Source of the DNA: Lepidodermella squamata
Taxonomy: Eukaryota > Animalia > Gastrotricha
Direction: 5' to 3'
DNA: 64,000 bases
Assembly: GCA_047495785.1 (NCBI GenBank)
Contig: JBLDXI010000054.1
Span: 868,001 to 932,000, forward strand
Made by a program: the position numbers and the translations under genes. A model generated the notes under the pieces. The model was not told the DNA's origin. It saw only the letters and a program-made list of their open reading frames with translations, and searched no databases. This document shows, piece after piece, positions 1 through 12,080 of this stretch (positions within the stretch are counted from its first letter, which is position 1; each line of letters begins with the position of its first letter).

Positions 1-2499
1 CGATTTCGCCGCAATCGAACTAATCTAGCCAATTTGTACGCGTTCAAAATGATCAAGTTTGTAACAACAAGCGCTATTGTCATGCTAGCAACGGATACAT
101 GAAGGGCTTCGTCGCTGGACATTTCCATCGCAGCAATTAGGACCGTGGCGATCACCATCAAGCTGCTACAGTACACCGCTTTTGCTGTCGTCCTGAGTTC
201 ATTCAACACAGCCAACGCATTATGTAAATCAGGAGCACTGCGTCGAGAATTGCGGATTCTCGGTAACGTAACTTTTCGAACAGCAAGCAACGACATTCGT
301 GATAGCATCTTGTCCTATTAAAAAAATATCACTGAATCTTATAAATGTGAAACCCCCGAAAAATAAACATACAAAAACTAGGTAAGCTCTAAAGCAGTTG
401 ATGAGAATTGCGAGAGCGTGAAAAATCCCAATGCTCAGAAGAGTACCCAGCGTAACCATGTTGTTCATATCCACTCGGCAGACGATTCGATAAAAGAGGT
501 AAGCAACACTTTCATCTAGTGAGTATTGTCTTTCGTAATTGAAATATTCGTAAAAGAAGCCTCCTGAGAGTAGGAATGCCAAGATAAGGCAAAATTGAAC
601 AAAAAACCAAGCTCGAACCTGCTTCAACTTGTTTTTCCCTTCGTGAACTAATCGATTATATTTGGCGCGGACTATCAGCAATTGCCGCCCGCGGCGAAGT
701 TTTGTGTAGAATCCAGCCGAGATGAAGGTGAGGCCCAAAGACAAGCATAAACAACTGAGCGAGCATGGCAAAACTACAAGTTTAGTGAATGTCTGTAGAG
801 TCACGACAGCTGAAATCGGATAGCATAGCATCAGCACACTGCCTATGTTGATGTAGCAATTTTCAAGCAAGAAAGTGACTCGGAATGCCGCGCGCAACCT
901 TGGACTGCCTTGATTATGAGCCAGAATGTCTAACAGTATTGAAAGAAGGCTCATTATTATTCCCAAAGTCGCAAGAGATATATGAGCCCGGAGGACATGC
1001 TCATTTGTTGCGGCGGTCGCAATAGAGATCAACCGAACTGAATCGCGAGGGGCAAGGTTCCCAGGAGACCCCCAGTTCGGACCTCCGTTTAAGAAGCCTA
1101 TTGATTGATCATCTGCTTCATAGTAAGCTACAATCGGTCTTATAGGAAGATTTTTTGCAACTGCCTTTCTGAAGACTACAGGGTTAAATCCCTTGGTATT
1201 AAGCGTAGTGCTCTGGTCGAAATTATAGACGGATTTCAACCCATTCATCGCAGTTTTGTAGACTGCTTGATTGAATGTATCCCGGAAAATACCGCCGTTC
1301 TGTTGGAAATTCAGAGAATTCAACGTCCATTCTCGGATCGTCGAGTTGAATTTATCTCTCAACGAGTTTTCAACCGCGTTAATTAGGTAACCCGAATATA
1401 GGGCGATGTCGTAGCAAAGAGGCGTGATGTTTGTCGGGTCTAAGATTTGCGCCGCATTGACGATTTTCGCCTCGATTCTGCGTGAAAATTCAGTACTAAT
1501 TAGCCCGCTTGAATCTGTATAACCTGGCCCAGCTACATCACTCATCGAACCGAAGGATACGATTAGCCAACTTTCCGCAACCTTAGCCAATATATCCCTA
1601 GTGCACCAAGATGCAACTGATTCCGGAATTTTGGCAGTTGCCGGGTCAAAACTAGCCCAGCCAGTAGCAAAATACGCGTAGCTTGGCCCAAACATGCCGA
1701 AACGATAAAACCAACACGACAACATTAGGCCGTGATCTGCGTTTGCCAGAATGATACGAGGCTCGAGATTTCGCAAGGATTTCATTGCAACTATCATTTC
1801 ATCGTTTTTGAAGTCAGTGGTAACTTTGCCGTACCATACGACCGATATATTTCGAGCAAGAAAGTGGCTCACAATCTCGCTTTCAGCATCGTTGAAAAAT
1901 GGAAGGTCCTCTGTTATTACGGCAATTTTAGTCCAGCCCATTTTAGCGGAGAAAGCAGCCATACCCTCTTGAACTGTGTAAGGCGATTTGGTCAAAGGAA
2001 AAACTGTACCGTATCGAGGCCGATTTGGGATTGAGCTGTAGAGATAGTGGGTAAGACCGAAAATGTTTAGCTTATTCATGGGCAGAGCTATTTTTAGTTG
2101 GGCAGCTGTCGAGCACCACCCCATAATGACGAGAGGGATTCGATCCTCGCTAGGCCACGTCAGCTCTTTGACCACCCGTTGCACGGCTAGCGCATCGTTG
2201 CATTCGTCATCAATCATAGATATCTGTAATTCGTAGCCGGGTAACCAAGTGTCATTTGAGTGAAGCTGGTCCAGAGCTATCTCCATCGATTTCGGGCACA
2301 GGGGCCCTATTGCATTTCCGCCGATTCGATAGTTGACATATGCCAGCATTCTTATTACTTGAGGTCTTGCTAATGATATCGGTAGGGTTGTCCTGACGTA
2401 GCTATCCATTGATGCATTTGCTAATACTCGCTGCCCCAGCGAAAATCGCACTTCAGAAAAAGCGAGAAAAACGAATGCAACTTCCATTGTAAAGAGCAT
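1..2499 (-). CDS. Class C (GABA-B-like architecture) orphan GPCR: Venus-flytrap/ANF-receptor domain + 7TM; 3' end runs off the window
   Basis: Signal-like N-terminus (ATG 2499 or 2487) and VFT motifs (WLPGYEL, DDECND, GWCS, MGWTKIAVI). Removing a 58-bp GT-AG intron (315-372) gives a last exon with LNELRTTAKAVY (similar to GABA-B LNDSKYIGMSVY) and TM6/TM7. No cysteine-rich domain. Confidence 0.8.
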
Positions 2500-4284
2500 G
2501 ATTGATAGGTTACTTGGACAAAGCAAATTTCAGTGAATCCTTGAGATTGCAGCATATAAGCTATATAAAGGAAATTCACGTTAGTTCTCAGCTACCTATA
2601 GCACATAGGCACCCCATGATTAGCGGGATTTTCGAACCAGCCTAATTGTCGAAGTTTTGTCTCTAGGTCATTTCGGATGTTCATAATATTTGAAATGCTG
2701 TAAAAACTTTCTGCACCGCCATGTTTGTCAAAATGTCGCCGGCAAAGAGAGCGCTTGCATGAGATGAGCGTGCTTCGGCGGTTTTTAGATATAACAAAAC
2801 GTGACTGGTTTGCGTCACTGGCTTGCGTCACTGGCCTGCAGGCACGTTGAGATTTTCGCTGTAAAAAAACGTATAATTTGATAGCGAAGACCCTAGGTGC
2901 GCAGGTCAGTTGTTGATGCACATCGCTCGATATCCCTCAAATAACAGATTTTCGATTTTCATAATGATTCTTAGCGAATTAGTTATGTAAAGCTGAGTTC
3001 GACATTCCACAGATAGAACAGATTTCGAAACTCAACCCAACTCACAGCCAATTCACTTTCATGACAAATTTCATGACGTACTTGTCGATACCCATACCGA
3101 TGCTAATGTGACCCACCTTGAGCGTCATTTCTGGATATTTGAAATGGATTGATTTGTAGCTCAAAATAGGCGTGTTGGTATGGGTTTCCCGATGTATTCG
3201 AGTTGCATATTTGTCATGCAAATGAGATATATAGGACAGCTGTGGTGTTCGAAATGATCAGTGAAATTGTTGTTTTTCACATGTTGGCAAGAAGGTTTGC
3301 TCAAAAGTGTATTTTCGCCCATAGAGCGAAGTAGGACCGCGGAACTGAAAGGGATAAGGAAAATCGACATTAAGGAAGCATTTATTTATTGATTTAAGAG
3401 CTTAAGTCTGCTCACAACAATGTTAATCGGGCAATCCACTCGGCAGAAAAATCAGAGTCAAATTCAGTCCGGTTCAAATTCCATTTGTCCATTTTGATAT
3501 GATAATACAAAACAACAACAAAATTGGCTCCACATTAACGTTAAAATTTTTGAGCTTCTTCGAAAGTTCAGATTCTCGTTGAGTCACAGGCATAGATTCA
3601 TTCCAGTTGGATATCGTTCATTCGTTAGAGGGAGTCGGATTTTAGGAGTACACCAAACCCAGTCAGTTCGAGCTCCCTGAGATACACCCTGAGTGGTATT
3701 TTGTTTATTTACGAAGAATTTTCGGCCAGTTTTCGGATGTTTAAAAACTAGGCCTAGAACGTTCACAGATATTTTGAATAAATGAGGATCAATTATCAGA
3801 ATCATGAGAATCAATAAATAGGTACAGCTACTTTATATTTTATAACCCCACTCTTATTGGGGACAGTATTCGCCACGCTATCTAGGTGATTGGTAACATG
3901 GTTTGGAAGTATTTCCTCGCAGGTGGTGCTAGACATAGTGTTGATCAAAGTTTCTGTTAACGCTCCAAGTGCCCGGAATTTTTCGTAATATCCCTTGTAT
4001 GTTTTCAGGAGGTCGAAAAATCTTAGAAACCGTGCGTCGAAAGCTAGCTCAGAACTGTGCGAACAATTAGAGAATAGAAAAGAGGGCGACTAGGGATCAC
4101 GAGATGGGAGGACTTCCTGAATCAAAATGTTCACACAGTATACCTCGTTTTATTCATTCAACGCTGATCATTAATCTGCTGACTATCAACAGCCTCGAGA
4201 ATGAATGTTTACGATTTTATTCCCTTCAACCAAAATTTACTATCAATTTCTCGACTAAACTGCAAGCTGCTCCTCTTGTCCGAT

Positions 4285-5810
4285 TCACTCCTCGACCTTA
4301 GCACAGGTGTACTCGTATCGGTGGTTGCCGCCAGGACCGCGCTTCAGTTGGAACTGTTGCAGCAACCTGCCGTCGGGACAGGTCGGGCGGTAGTTGGCGA
4401 GAGCAAACGTTTTGCCCTTGTGGTCGATTTCATCAGTCACATGGTTGGTAGTGGTGACCTTACCTGTGACCTGTAAACACATTTTATTAAAACAGTAGCA
4501 GTTTGAATTCTGAAATTCGCACCGAGCAGCAAGTGTAGTAGTAGGTAATTGAACCTTCGGCAATTGTGAGACGGTCGGTAACTAGGACAAATCGGTTCAG
4601 GACTTCGTTAGCTTTGCATATGACAGCTTGCCTGTCGAGAAAGTTGGTGTCGCCGTAGTAGCCAGGGGTCCAAGCGTTCTGGATTTCGCGGCACACCGGC
4701 ACCATGGGGGCAGCGCAACACGTGTACGCGTACTGGACGGTGGTTGCGCTAGGCCTGGTCAGTCCGAAGGAAGTGATATAGTTCCTCTCGGGACATTGCA
4801 CGGTCTGCAAATTGAGCTGGTACGTTTTGCCATCAGGGTCATCGGCCAGTCTGGTTTTCAGGGTGGCATTAGAGCACTTCTCGTACCACTTCGGAGCTAC
4901 ATAGAAGCAATATTTTTCAATTTAAACCTGTCTTGTGCGGATTGCAACTCACGCAGATTAATTTTAGCGCATGTGTATTCAAAGCGCACCATACCCTGGT
5001 CTACATCGCGTTGCAGGTGCCACCTCTGCATGAGCTCACCGTCCGCGCAGGCGAGATTGTGGCGGTCTAAGGTCGTCGTTTTGTTACTTTCCATGTCGTA
5101 ATCGGTTGTTGGCGCCCTGGGAATAACATCGAATTCGCCTTCAATCTGGAAATGAAAAATAAACATGTGAGATGGCGAGATGGCGCCTGATAATCTGAAC
5201 GTTTCCTGGACTCTTAGGCCTTGGCCATCAGAAACCTCCCCCAAAGTGGGGGATCTCACCACACGCTTGTTTCAGTCGAACCTCACGAGCTCGTAGGTAA
5301 ATTTGGTACACGATCTCGATACTAACCTGGCAGCATGCGTAGTTGAATCTGATCTGACTCCACAATGTGGTCAGGTGGAAGCCTTTCAGAAACTCATTCG
5401 CGTTGCACTTGATATCCTGTTTTTCGAGGGAGACAGCAGCAAAGCCATTACCATCCGTCAGGTCATTCGTAACCTGTCTGCACTTTCCGACAGACGGCGC
5501 CTTGCAGCACTTGTATTCATACTGGGCAGACGAAGCAGTCGCATTCGGAGTGAATTTGAGCTTCCACGAGGTCAAGTAGCTGCCGTCGGGGCAGTAGACA
5601 TACCGGTAATTGAGATCGTACAGCATGCCGTCGGTATTGAACGCGTCGGTCGTGCTCACTCCAGTCGAGCATTCGACGGTCTTCGCAGGGCTGACAGTTG
5701 TTTCTGAAAAGACGAAATCGACGTGAGCCTAGGAAGGATTAGAGAGACGGTAACTTACGACTAACGACAATGCCTAATGTCGCCGCGATAACAGCCAGTC
5801 TGAAAGCCAT
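4285..5810 (-). CDS. Secreted Cys-rich protein with six ~55-60 aa repeats (LDRx-x-x-C...F/WxL...YxYxCC), distantly dermatopontin/beta-prism-like; function unknown
   Basis: Signal peptide MAFRLAVIAATLGIVVS. Five exons are joined in frame by GT-AG introns 5704-5758, 5146-5326, 4897-4952 and 4471-4522. Repeats end CC, CC, CAK, CC, CC, CAK. Stop at 4285-4287. Confidence 0.85.
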
Positions 5811-6489
5811 AACCAAGGTTTTAATTGACAATTTTAATTAAAACGAAAAGCAGATGAATGACTGGATGAAAATTTGGATGATCGAGCAGCTTGAGGATGT
5901 TTATGGACAGTTTTATTTTTAACTCGTCGACAACTGAGCATACATTCTATCCGAAATTAGCTTGGTTGTGGGGGACGATGCGAAGCAATTGTTTGCTAGC
6001 ACCAGTGGTAAAATAATAATGATAATTTTTAAATATTATTCTCGAACATCCCATAGCAAATAATTTTCTTATTATTATTATTAGGCATTAATGTAAAGTC
6101 GCCCACTGCTAGTGCGATTAGGCAGCTGGCCTGAGAGTTGTTCTTAGCTTTTGAGTGCAAAACGCTGCAATTTCTGTTTTGACCTCATTCATCGACAAAC
6201 AGCCTCCATTCCCTCCTGAGCCTAGCCATGATCGCCGAGGTAGTTAGTGTAGCTGAAATCTTCATGATCCTGCTCGATAAGCTTGTTTGCAAATTGGCAT
6301 GACTGTGGTGCTAAGCATCCCATATGCGATTAAGTCACCATTTAACCACTCAATTGATTAGTGACAAAGCGCCGGTTATGGGCGACGTCATGGACGACCA
6401 AGCGCCAGCAAGGGAAATGGCGAAATCGAAGACAAGATGGACCCGGCGCAACTATGAAAATTTCTTGATCCATAGTGCGAACCATAGAC

Positions 6490-6624
6490 CATAGAGCGAA
6501 GTAGAACCGCGGAACAAAAATCGTCATAAGGGTCCCACCTGTGGTCTTTGTCTGAGCTCATCTTGCGGACCGATGGAACTGGCAGGGATAATCCCTACCA
6601 TCCCTAGCGTTACTTCGCTCTATG
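6490..6624. mobile_element. 135-bp CATAG-ended MITE forming the right end of the composite element
   Basis: CATAGAGCGAAGTAGAACCGCGGAAC at 6490 is near-identical to the end at 3320 and is paired with the TIR at 6611-6624. Partial CATAG heads at about 6471 and 6483. Confidence 0.75.
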
Positions 6625-6941
6625 TTTTCGCCTGATAAGACCTTTTCGAAAGCATTCTCGATCGATTAAAACCTCCTTCCGTTAGTTGGAGGATCAGTTA
6701 TTTGTAGGATACAGGCACCGCAACAGGCTACGCGGCGGAAACTGATGTGGCATCGTGGTTTTTCATTTCCCCCGCATTCGACGCATCAACCGGATGCATG
6801 TTTTGAATACTTAACTTGGTGATTAAAGAAGCAGACATGACACTTGGCGGAAATATATGCTATTCTGATTGTTTAAACGTTAATCAAACGTCGTTCTTGC
6901 TTCAAGTCTTTTTCGTGGTTTTACAGGAAGACAATTCAACT

Positions 6942-8156
6942 ATGGCCAATCTGACCAACTCAACGTACCCTACTGCGCGAATTGCCAACAGTGGTTGGAT
7001 CGATGTTGATTTCCCAGATCGAGGCTACGGCCGCTCGAAGCCTTATTTCGTTGCTTTCTATCACGACGTTACCGCAACGGCCACGGAAGATCGACTAGGC
7101 TGGGTCGTAGCTTGTAGCCTGGCTACTTCCCTATCCATCATCGCGTCGATCACGAATGTCGCTGTATACGTTCAACGCCGGGTGAAACTAGATTTCCTCT
7201 TTCTTACGTGCTGCCTACAAATGCGAAATGCCGTGTACGCCTGCGTGTATTGTTATGGGCTCCTAATCACGCTAAGAACAGGTTGGTGGGATGCTTCTCC
7301 TATGGCTTGTACGATCTCTCTCTGGCTTATATGGTCCTTGGGTGGGTTCGGTGTGCTCATCGTAGCTTTGATTTCATACGAAAGACGCCTCTGTATCTCA
7401 TCGAACAAGATCAACTATAAACCAAACAGCTTCAAGGTATGTCCCATAGACTATTTTTTTCAATATTGCATGAGATATTTCTCTCAGATTTGTGGTGTAA
7501 CAATTATTTTGCTGGGCTTGTGTATGCTGCTTAATGGTGTCTTCGCTTGGTGGCCATGGAACACTTTCGCTGCGAAATGGGTCAAAATAGAGGAATTAAA
7601 CACAACTCAGCCTGTTCTGATTTGCGGAAATTTCGACTATAGCTTTTATGGCGACTTTGATACATCGTTTTTGGGGGTCATGTACTACGCATCTCTGTGC
7701 GCAAGCTCTTCGTTATATTTGGGCATCAATTATTGGAAGATTTTCAAAACAATTGAACATTTGAAGAAATCTCGAAGCGGCATTACTATTCAAGCAAACG
7801 TAGTGACCTCACTTTCCTCCTTAACATTGTCAACACGGATGGCTGAATGGCACCGTAAAGAGATCTATCTGGTCAAATTGTCATTGGGGCTATTTGTACT
7901 CTTTGTTGTTACTTACATTCCTGGGTTCTGCTCGGCTTTATTAGTGGGTATGTGGCCAGTGGGTGCTTGGCGGCGGGAGTTTGCTTGGGTGAGGAAGTTT
8001 TCAATGCTCTGCATAATAGTTGGCGGGTTGATTAGTTCAGTGCTGCAGTGTATCACGCCAACTCACATCGAGTCATATTTTGATAGGCTTAACAAAGGAC
8101 GGATAAGATTGTTTTTGGCTATGACGCTTATGCGTGTGAGTCCTCGGCGTTTTTAA
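6942..8156 (+). CDS. Orphan rhodopsin-like 7TM receptor, PDRGYGR family, paralog 1 (intact)
   Basis: ATG 6942. In-frame 51-bp intron 7437-7487, at the same position as in the paralogs. Seven hydrophobic segments, ISYERR (DRY-like), TM3 Cys and ECL2 ICG Cys, TM6 YIPGF. Confidence 0.8.
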   Translation: MANLTNSTYPTARIANSGWIDVDFPDRGYGRSKPYFVAFYHDVTATATEDRLGWVVACSLATSLSIIASITNVAVYVQRRVKLDFLFLTCCLQMRNAVYACVYCYGLLITLRTGWWDASPMACTISLWLIWSLGGFGVLIVALISYERRLCISSNKINYKPNSFKVCPIDYFFQYCMRYFSQICGVTIILLGLCMLLNGVFAWWPWNTFAAKWVKIEELNTTQPVLICGNFDYSFYGDFDTSFLGVMYYASLCASSSLYLGINYWKIFKTIEHLKKSRSGITIQANVVTSLSSLTLSTRMAEWHRKEIYLVKLSLGLFVLFVVTYIPGFCSALLVGMWPVGAWRREFAWVRKFSMLCIIVGGLISSVLQCITPTHIESYFDRLNKGRIRLFLAMTLMRVSPRRF

Positions 8157-8162
8157 GCGTTT

Positions 8163-8375
8163 GGATGGAGGGAGTCGACTGACCAGTCCAGTACCACAAC
8201 AAACTGGCTGGTGTGGGTGACTGGAGGCTGGGGCGTGTCGCTTGATTCTGCTATTTCATTCGAAAGGCGTGTGTTCATTTCATCTAATAAACTGAGCTGA
8301 AAAAGTTAATCTTGACAAACTATGTAAAAAGCGGCAGGTTTTCTTGGTGGCCAGGTCACAGGTTTTCCGCTCAAT
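8163..8375 (+). pseudogene. Degenerate fragment of a PDRGYGR-family GPCR, closest to paralog 2
   Basis: Reads GWRESTDQSSTTTNWLVWVTGGWGVSLDSAISFERRVFISSNKLS*, then GFSWWPGHRFSAQ. Paralog 2 has GWWESTPEACTTTKWLIWGVGGWG...ISYERR and GFSWWPYDTFTAQ. Confidence 0.75.
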
Positions 8376-8968
8376 AAACGCTGGAAACACTAGTTAACGA
8401 GATCTGCATTTCGGAGGCAGGGATTTTAATGTCCAGGGCGATTTCGATACGTCCATCCTACCCTAGACTATTACTCAATTCGTTTCATCTCAAGAACAAG
8501 CCCTTCAATCGAACCCTCTCAGGTTTCTGCTTTGGCAGAAACGTGAAACCAACTGCAATATTTTTGGGAATATATCTAAAATCTAAAATTGAGCTTGATC
8601 TCGCTAGTCTCTCAGGAAATAAAAAAAGGCAACTTGCAAAACGATAGCTGAAAAGCAAACTTAATTCTGTTAAATTTATTTAAACGTTTTATTTCGGAAA
8701 ATCCCCAGCGAGTACCGAAGACTTTTCCCAGCTATTTTCCTCCTAGTTTTTCCTCGATTTATGGTAAGCAGAGGGGGATATATAGTTCAAATGCTAATCT
8801 TTCAGATGTCATAAAAATGCCCATATATTCCGATCTTTATTTTTACTGGCAAAAGAGAGAAATCACAAGCAGTTTCTAAAACTTTATTGAACGAAAATAT
8901 ATTTGTCGCCGGATATTATCAATGAGACCTCGCCGCAGGTTGACACATGCATGACACAGGTATAATAT

Positions 8969-10271
8969 TCAACAGTTCGAAGTAAAAAGAGGCTCCGTCT
9001 GAGATTTTTGCAAGCGAGCCGCTGATCCACTGTCAATTACAACACCAGACTTTGCTTTGAAAACGTTTAGTCTGATGCTCATAGATTTGTGTAAGAAAGC
9101 CTCCACGTGAGATGGCGTGACACATTGCAAGCAGGCGTTGAAGAACATCCCTGCGATCATGCAAAACAGCCCAAATCGCCTGGTCCACGCGAATTCAGCT
9201 TGCACGGAGCCTAGAGCCCATGTACACATGACGAACACGGAGTAAAAAGTCGGTAAATAGCTCAACACGAAAAATAGGAAAAGAGCAATTGAGAGCTTCA
9301 CGAGATAGATTTCTTTGCGCTGCCATTCAGCTAGATTCACTGATCTTCTGGGGCCGATATTTTCCCTCAAATCGCTTGAGGAGGCTCTCAATCTCATCGG
9401 ACTCCCATACGACCCTTGTCGCGAATTTTTCAATCTATCGATAGTCCTAAAGATGATGTAGTAATTCAATGCCAAATAATTTGAAGCCGCGGTGAATAGG
9501 ATGGAATAGTAGGCCAATGGTAGGATTGACGTATCGAAATCGCCGTAAATGCTGTAATCCCAATTTCCGCAGATCTGAACTGGTTGATTGTCGTTCGTAC
9601 CATTAATGATAACCCATTGAGCGGTAAATGTGTCATAAGGCCACCAGGAAAATCCAGCACTTGTTACAAGGCAAATTACTAGAAGAATGAGGCATACTGC
9701 GAAAATCTATGGAAATACACAAAAATACAAAAATCAATCGCACATTCCCAAAATCAACCTTTCCAGTGCTTGCTTTGTATTTCAGCTTATTTGAAGAGAT
9801 GCAAAGGCGTCTTTCGTAAGAAATCACAGCATCAATTTGAGCACCCCAACCTCCAACCCCCCAGATCAGCCATTTTGTTGTAGTACAGGCCTCTGGAGTA
9901 GATTCCCACCAGCCAGTGTTGAGAGTGGTCAACAGGCCGTAGCAGTAGCAGATTGTGAATACAAAGCTGCGAAAATGGAGAAAGCACGTCAGCATCAAGA
10001 AATCGCGTTTAACGCCCCGTTTGATATAGACGTAAACATTTACGATTGATGCGATTATAGTGAGGCATGATATGCTAACACAGGCTAAGGTCCATCCCAA
10101 TCTCTCACCGATGGTTGTCGAAGCAACATCGTGGTAGAAACCGACGAAAAACGGCTTAGCTCTGCCGTATCCTCTGTCTGGGATTTCAACTTCCAGCCAA
10201 GCTCCACTGATTATGTTAGCTAATGGGTAGGAAGTTGAGATGTTAATGCTCGAATTATCCGAAACGTTCAT
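8969..10271 (-). CDS. Orphan rhodopsin-like 7TM receptor, PDRGYGR family, paralog 2 (intact)
   Basis: Two exons joined by a 52-bp intron 9707-9758 give a continuous ORF (…STGK|IFAVCLILL…) homologous to paralog 1. Confidence 0.8.
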
Positions 10272-10599
10272 TTTGCTTTATTGACAGCCATTAAAATTGT
10301 AAAAAAAATCTATTGACAGGTTGAATTGTATAAAATTTTGAAAATATAGTGATCACTTCTCACCAAGAAAGTCCCGCAATAGAGCCCGTAATTTCCTGCT
10401 ACCGCAAGTGGCTGCGTTTTGGAGGCAAACGCAGTTAGTTGAGACTTATAGAGAAGAGGCTTGATCGATTGATTAAACAGCTTTACGACTTTTTTCTTTA
10501 CTACTGCGCAGTGCTATAAACAAGAAAACACAATCGACCGCTCTCATACCTTTGCACCCGCCGCCCAGGGACACCCTAGAAATAATGTTTGGACTTGGA

Positions 10600-11205
10600 C
10601 AATGCATATCGAACGTAGAATGGTGCAATGCAGTAGAGAGGACATTCAAACAGATAAAAAACGTATACAACGCTACCGCCCAAATTGGCATCGGGATTAT
10701 TTTCCTGGCAGGGATAAGGCTTTACAAATAGGCAAAGAAGCCGCTGAAATCCGAGGATTACTGCACGTGAGCAAGAATTATATAATATTCGACGATTGAT
10801 CGCTTCGCATTTGGGATATAATCGCTGTCCTCGCCGGTCGATGATTTTGAAAGCAGCGGGTGCTCAATCGATAATTATCTTACCCCAGATCACGTGTTCT
10901 GAGCAACTCCCTTCGTTATTGTTATCATAGATCATAATCATTAGGTGGTGCGAACTTCAGGTTTAATATTCAAACTCCGCGTTATAGTCATCCCTCTGTT
11001 AGGTTTGTGCATTAACATAGGTCAATCTCGAAGGAGAATCTTATTACAAAGAATATTAGAAGCTCTGAAACCTTGAGGAATGTTCATATTTCTTTCGTTC
11101 GGGATTCGATTAACCTGTGAAATTTGCAGAGAGAGTGCTTGTAAGATACAGGACATTATTCTCCGCCACACTTAAGACGTTATTGTCCGCAAGATAAATA
11201 AATAA
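10600..11205 (+). mobile_element. Degraded 3' fragment of a CR1/L2-group LINE
   Basis: Frameshifted remnants (EDIQT..RIQRY..KLASGL; IQTPRYSH..RF..NIRSSETL) resemble the LINE ORF2 C-terminus and end in a (TAAA)n tail at about 11194-11205. Confidence 0.35.
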
Positions 11206-11244
11206 TTGATAGTAAGTACTCCTCCTTAAGATTAATTCGAATTT

Positions 11245-12080
11245 TTTATTATTCAATCGATGGACCCGCTACAGTGCATTCGTTCGTATGTTTGCTACTC
11301 CTAGGGGCTAGGTTTGCTATTTGTCCGCTTTTCTTGCGTCATTCCATTGCTATCGAACTGGCAAGCGATTATTCTCGAATTCCATAGCTTGCATATGTTG
11401 CCATGGGACGAAAGCAAGTTTAGTAAACAGTTATCAGTTATCGTAGGAGCAAAGAGCAAATACAACTTTCCATCGGTGTAGCGCCGACGTGACGTTATTT
11501 TGCGCAGGAAGAATAACTTCTGAAGGAAGAACCCTGCGCGAGGGAAACTCTATCCTATTCTCAACGATTTCGAACATTTCACAAACATTATTACCGATGG
11601 CTAATTCACCGCTGAATTTTCCAGAGGGAAGCTGCTGGTATTTTCCGATTGTGAAGATGGGAATTTTAGAGTTTAAAGAAATGTTCAAGATTCCAGATTC
11701 GATTACCTCATACGTTATCTTGCCTTTCAACATTCATTTCCGCCTGCCGATAAAAAATCCCATTCGGAAATGACAGCGATCAACGCTCCATGATTCTAGC
11801 ATAAATCAAGCTATCGCAGACTTCTCCGGGCAGCGTTCGCTGGAGCGCGGCATGTGATTCGAACAGCTTGGCCCTGGCGCCTTTGAAGTTTTTCCAGGTT
11901 TGTTGGGGCCTATTGTGAAAGCGTGGTGTCACAATACATGGCGGAAAATCAGGCCATTTGCCATCACCCTGAGCGTTTTTTCGGTCGATAAATTTCGCAG
12001 CAACTCTGAGGACGAATAAGCCACATCGGGATTTGTTCGCAAATACGTTCAAGTTTTCCTTGTAGCTAAAGCCCAAGCTT
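11245..12080 (-). mobile_element. Degraded L2/Crack-like LINE 3' fragment
   Basis: Minus-strand remnants YCDT…LQRRQGQAVRITCRAP and KLWNS match the typical L2-group RT C-terminal pattern. Many stops. Confidence 0.45.

Larger units (their letters stand above)
3320..6624. mobile_element. Non-autonomous composite DNA transposon (P-superfamily-like CATAG ends) carrying a host-type gene
   Basis: Perfect 14-bp TIR CATAGAGCGAAGTA (3320-3333) / TACTTCGCTCTATG (6611-6624). Identical 8-bp direct repeat TTTTCGCC at 3312-3319 and 6625-6632. No transposase ORF inside. Confidence 0.8.

Noticed and set aside
229-372. C-terminus of the 765-aa ORF as given in the track
   Set aside because: Read-through of a 58-bp intron; splicing yields the expected TM6/TM7 in another frame.
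6068-6310. (TAA)n-tailed segment inside the composite element, considered as a transposase or second cargo gene
   Set aside because: No ORF or recognisable motif; possibly a small retroelement 3' remnant, but unsupported.
6728-6765. GCTAC(GC)GGCGGAAACT motif, also at about 25819, upstream of two GPCR paralogs
   Set aside because: Short, in opposite orientation relative to the two genes, and not found near the other paralogs; too weak to call.
6816-6941. N-terminal extension of the 446-aa ORF; likewise 17607-17720, 20531-20587 and 34030-34047
   Set aside because: Non-ATG starts called by the ORF finder; paralogs and signal peptides support the downstream ATGs.
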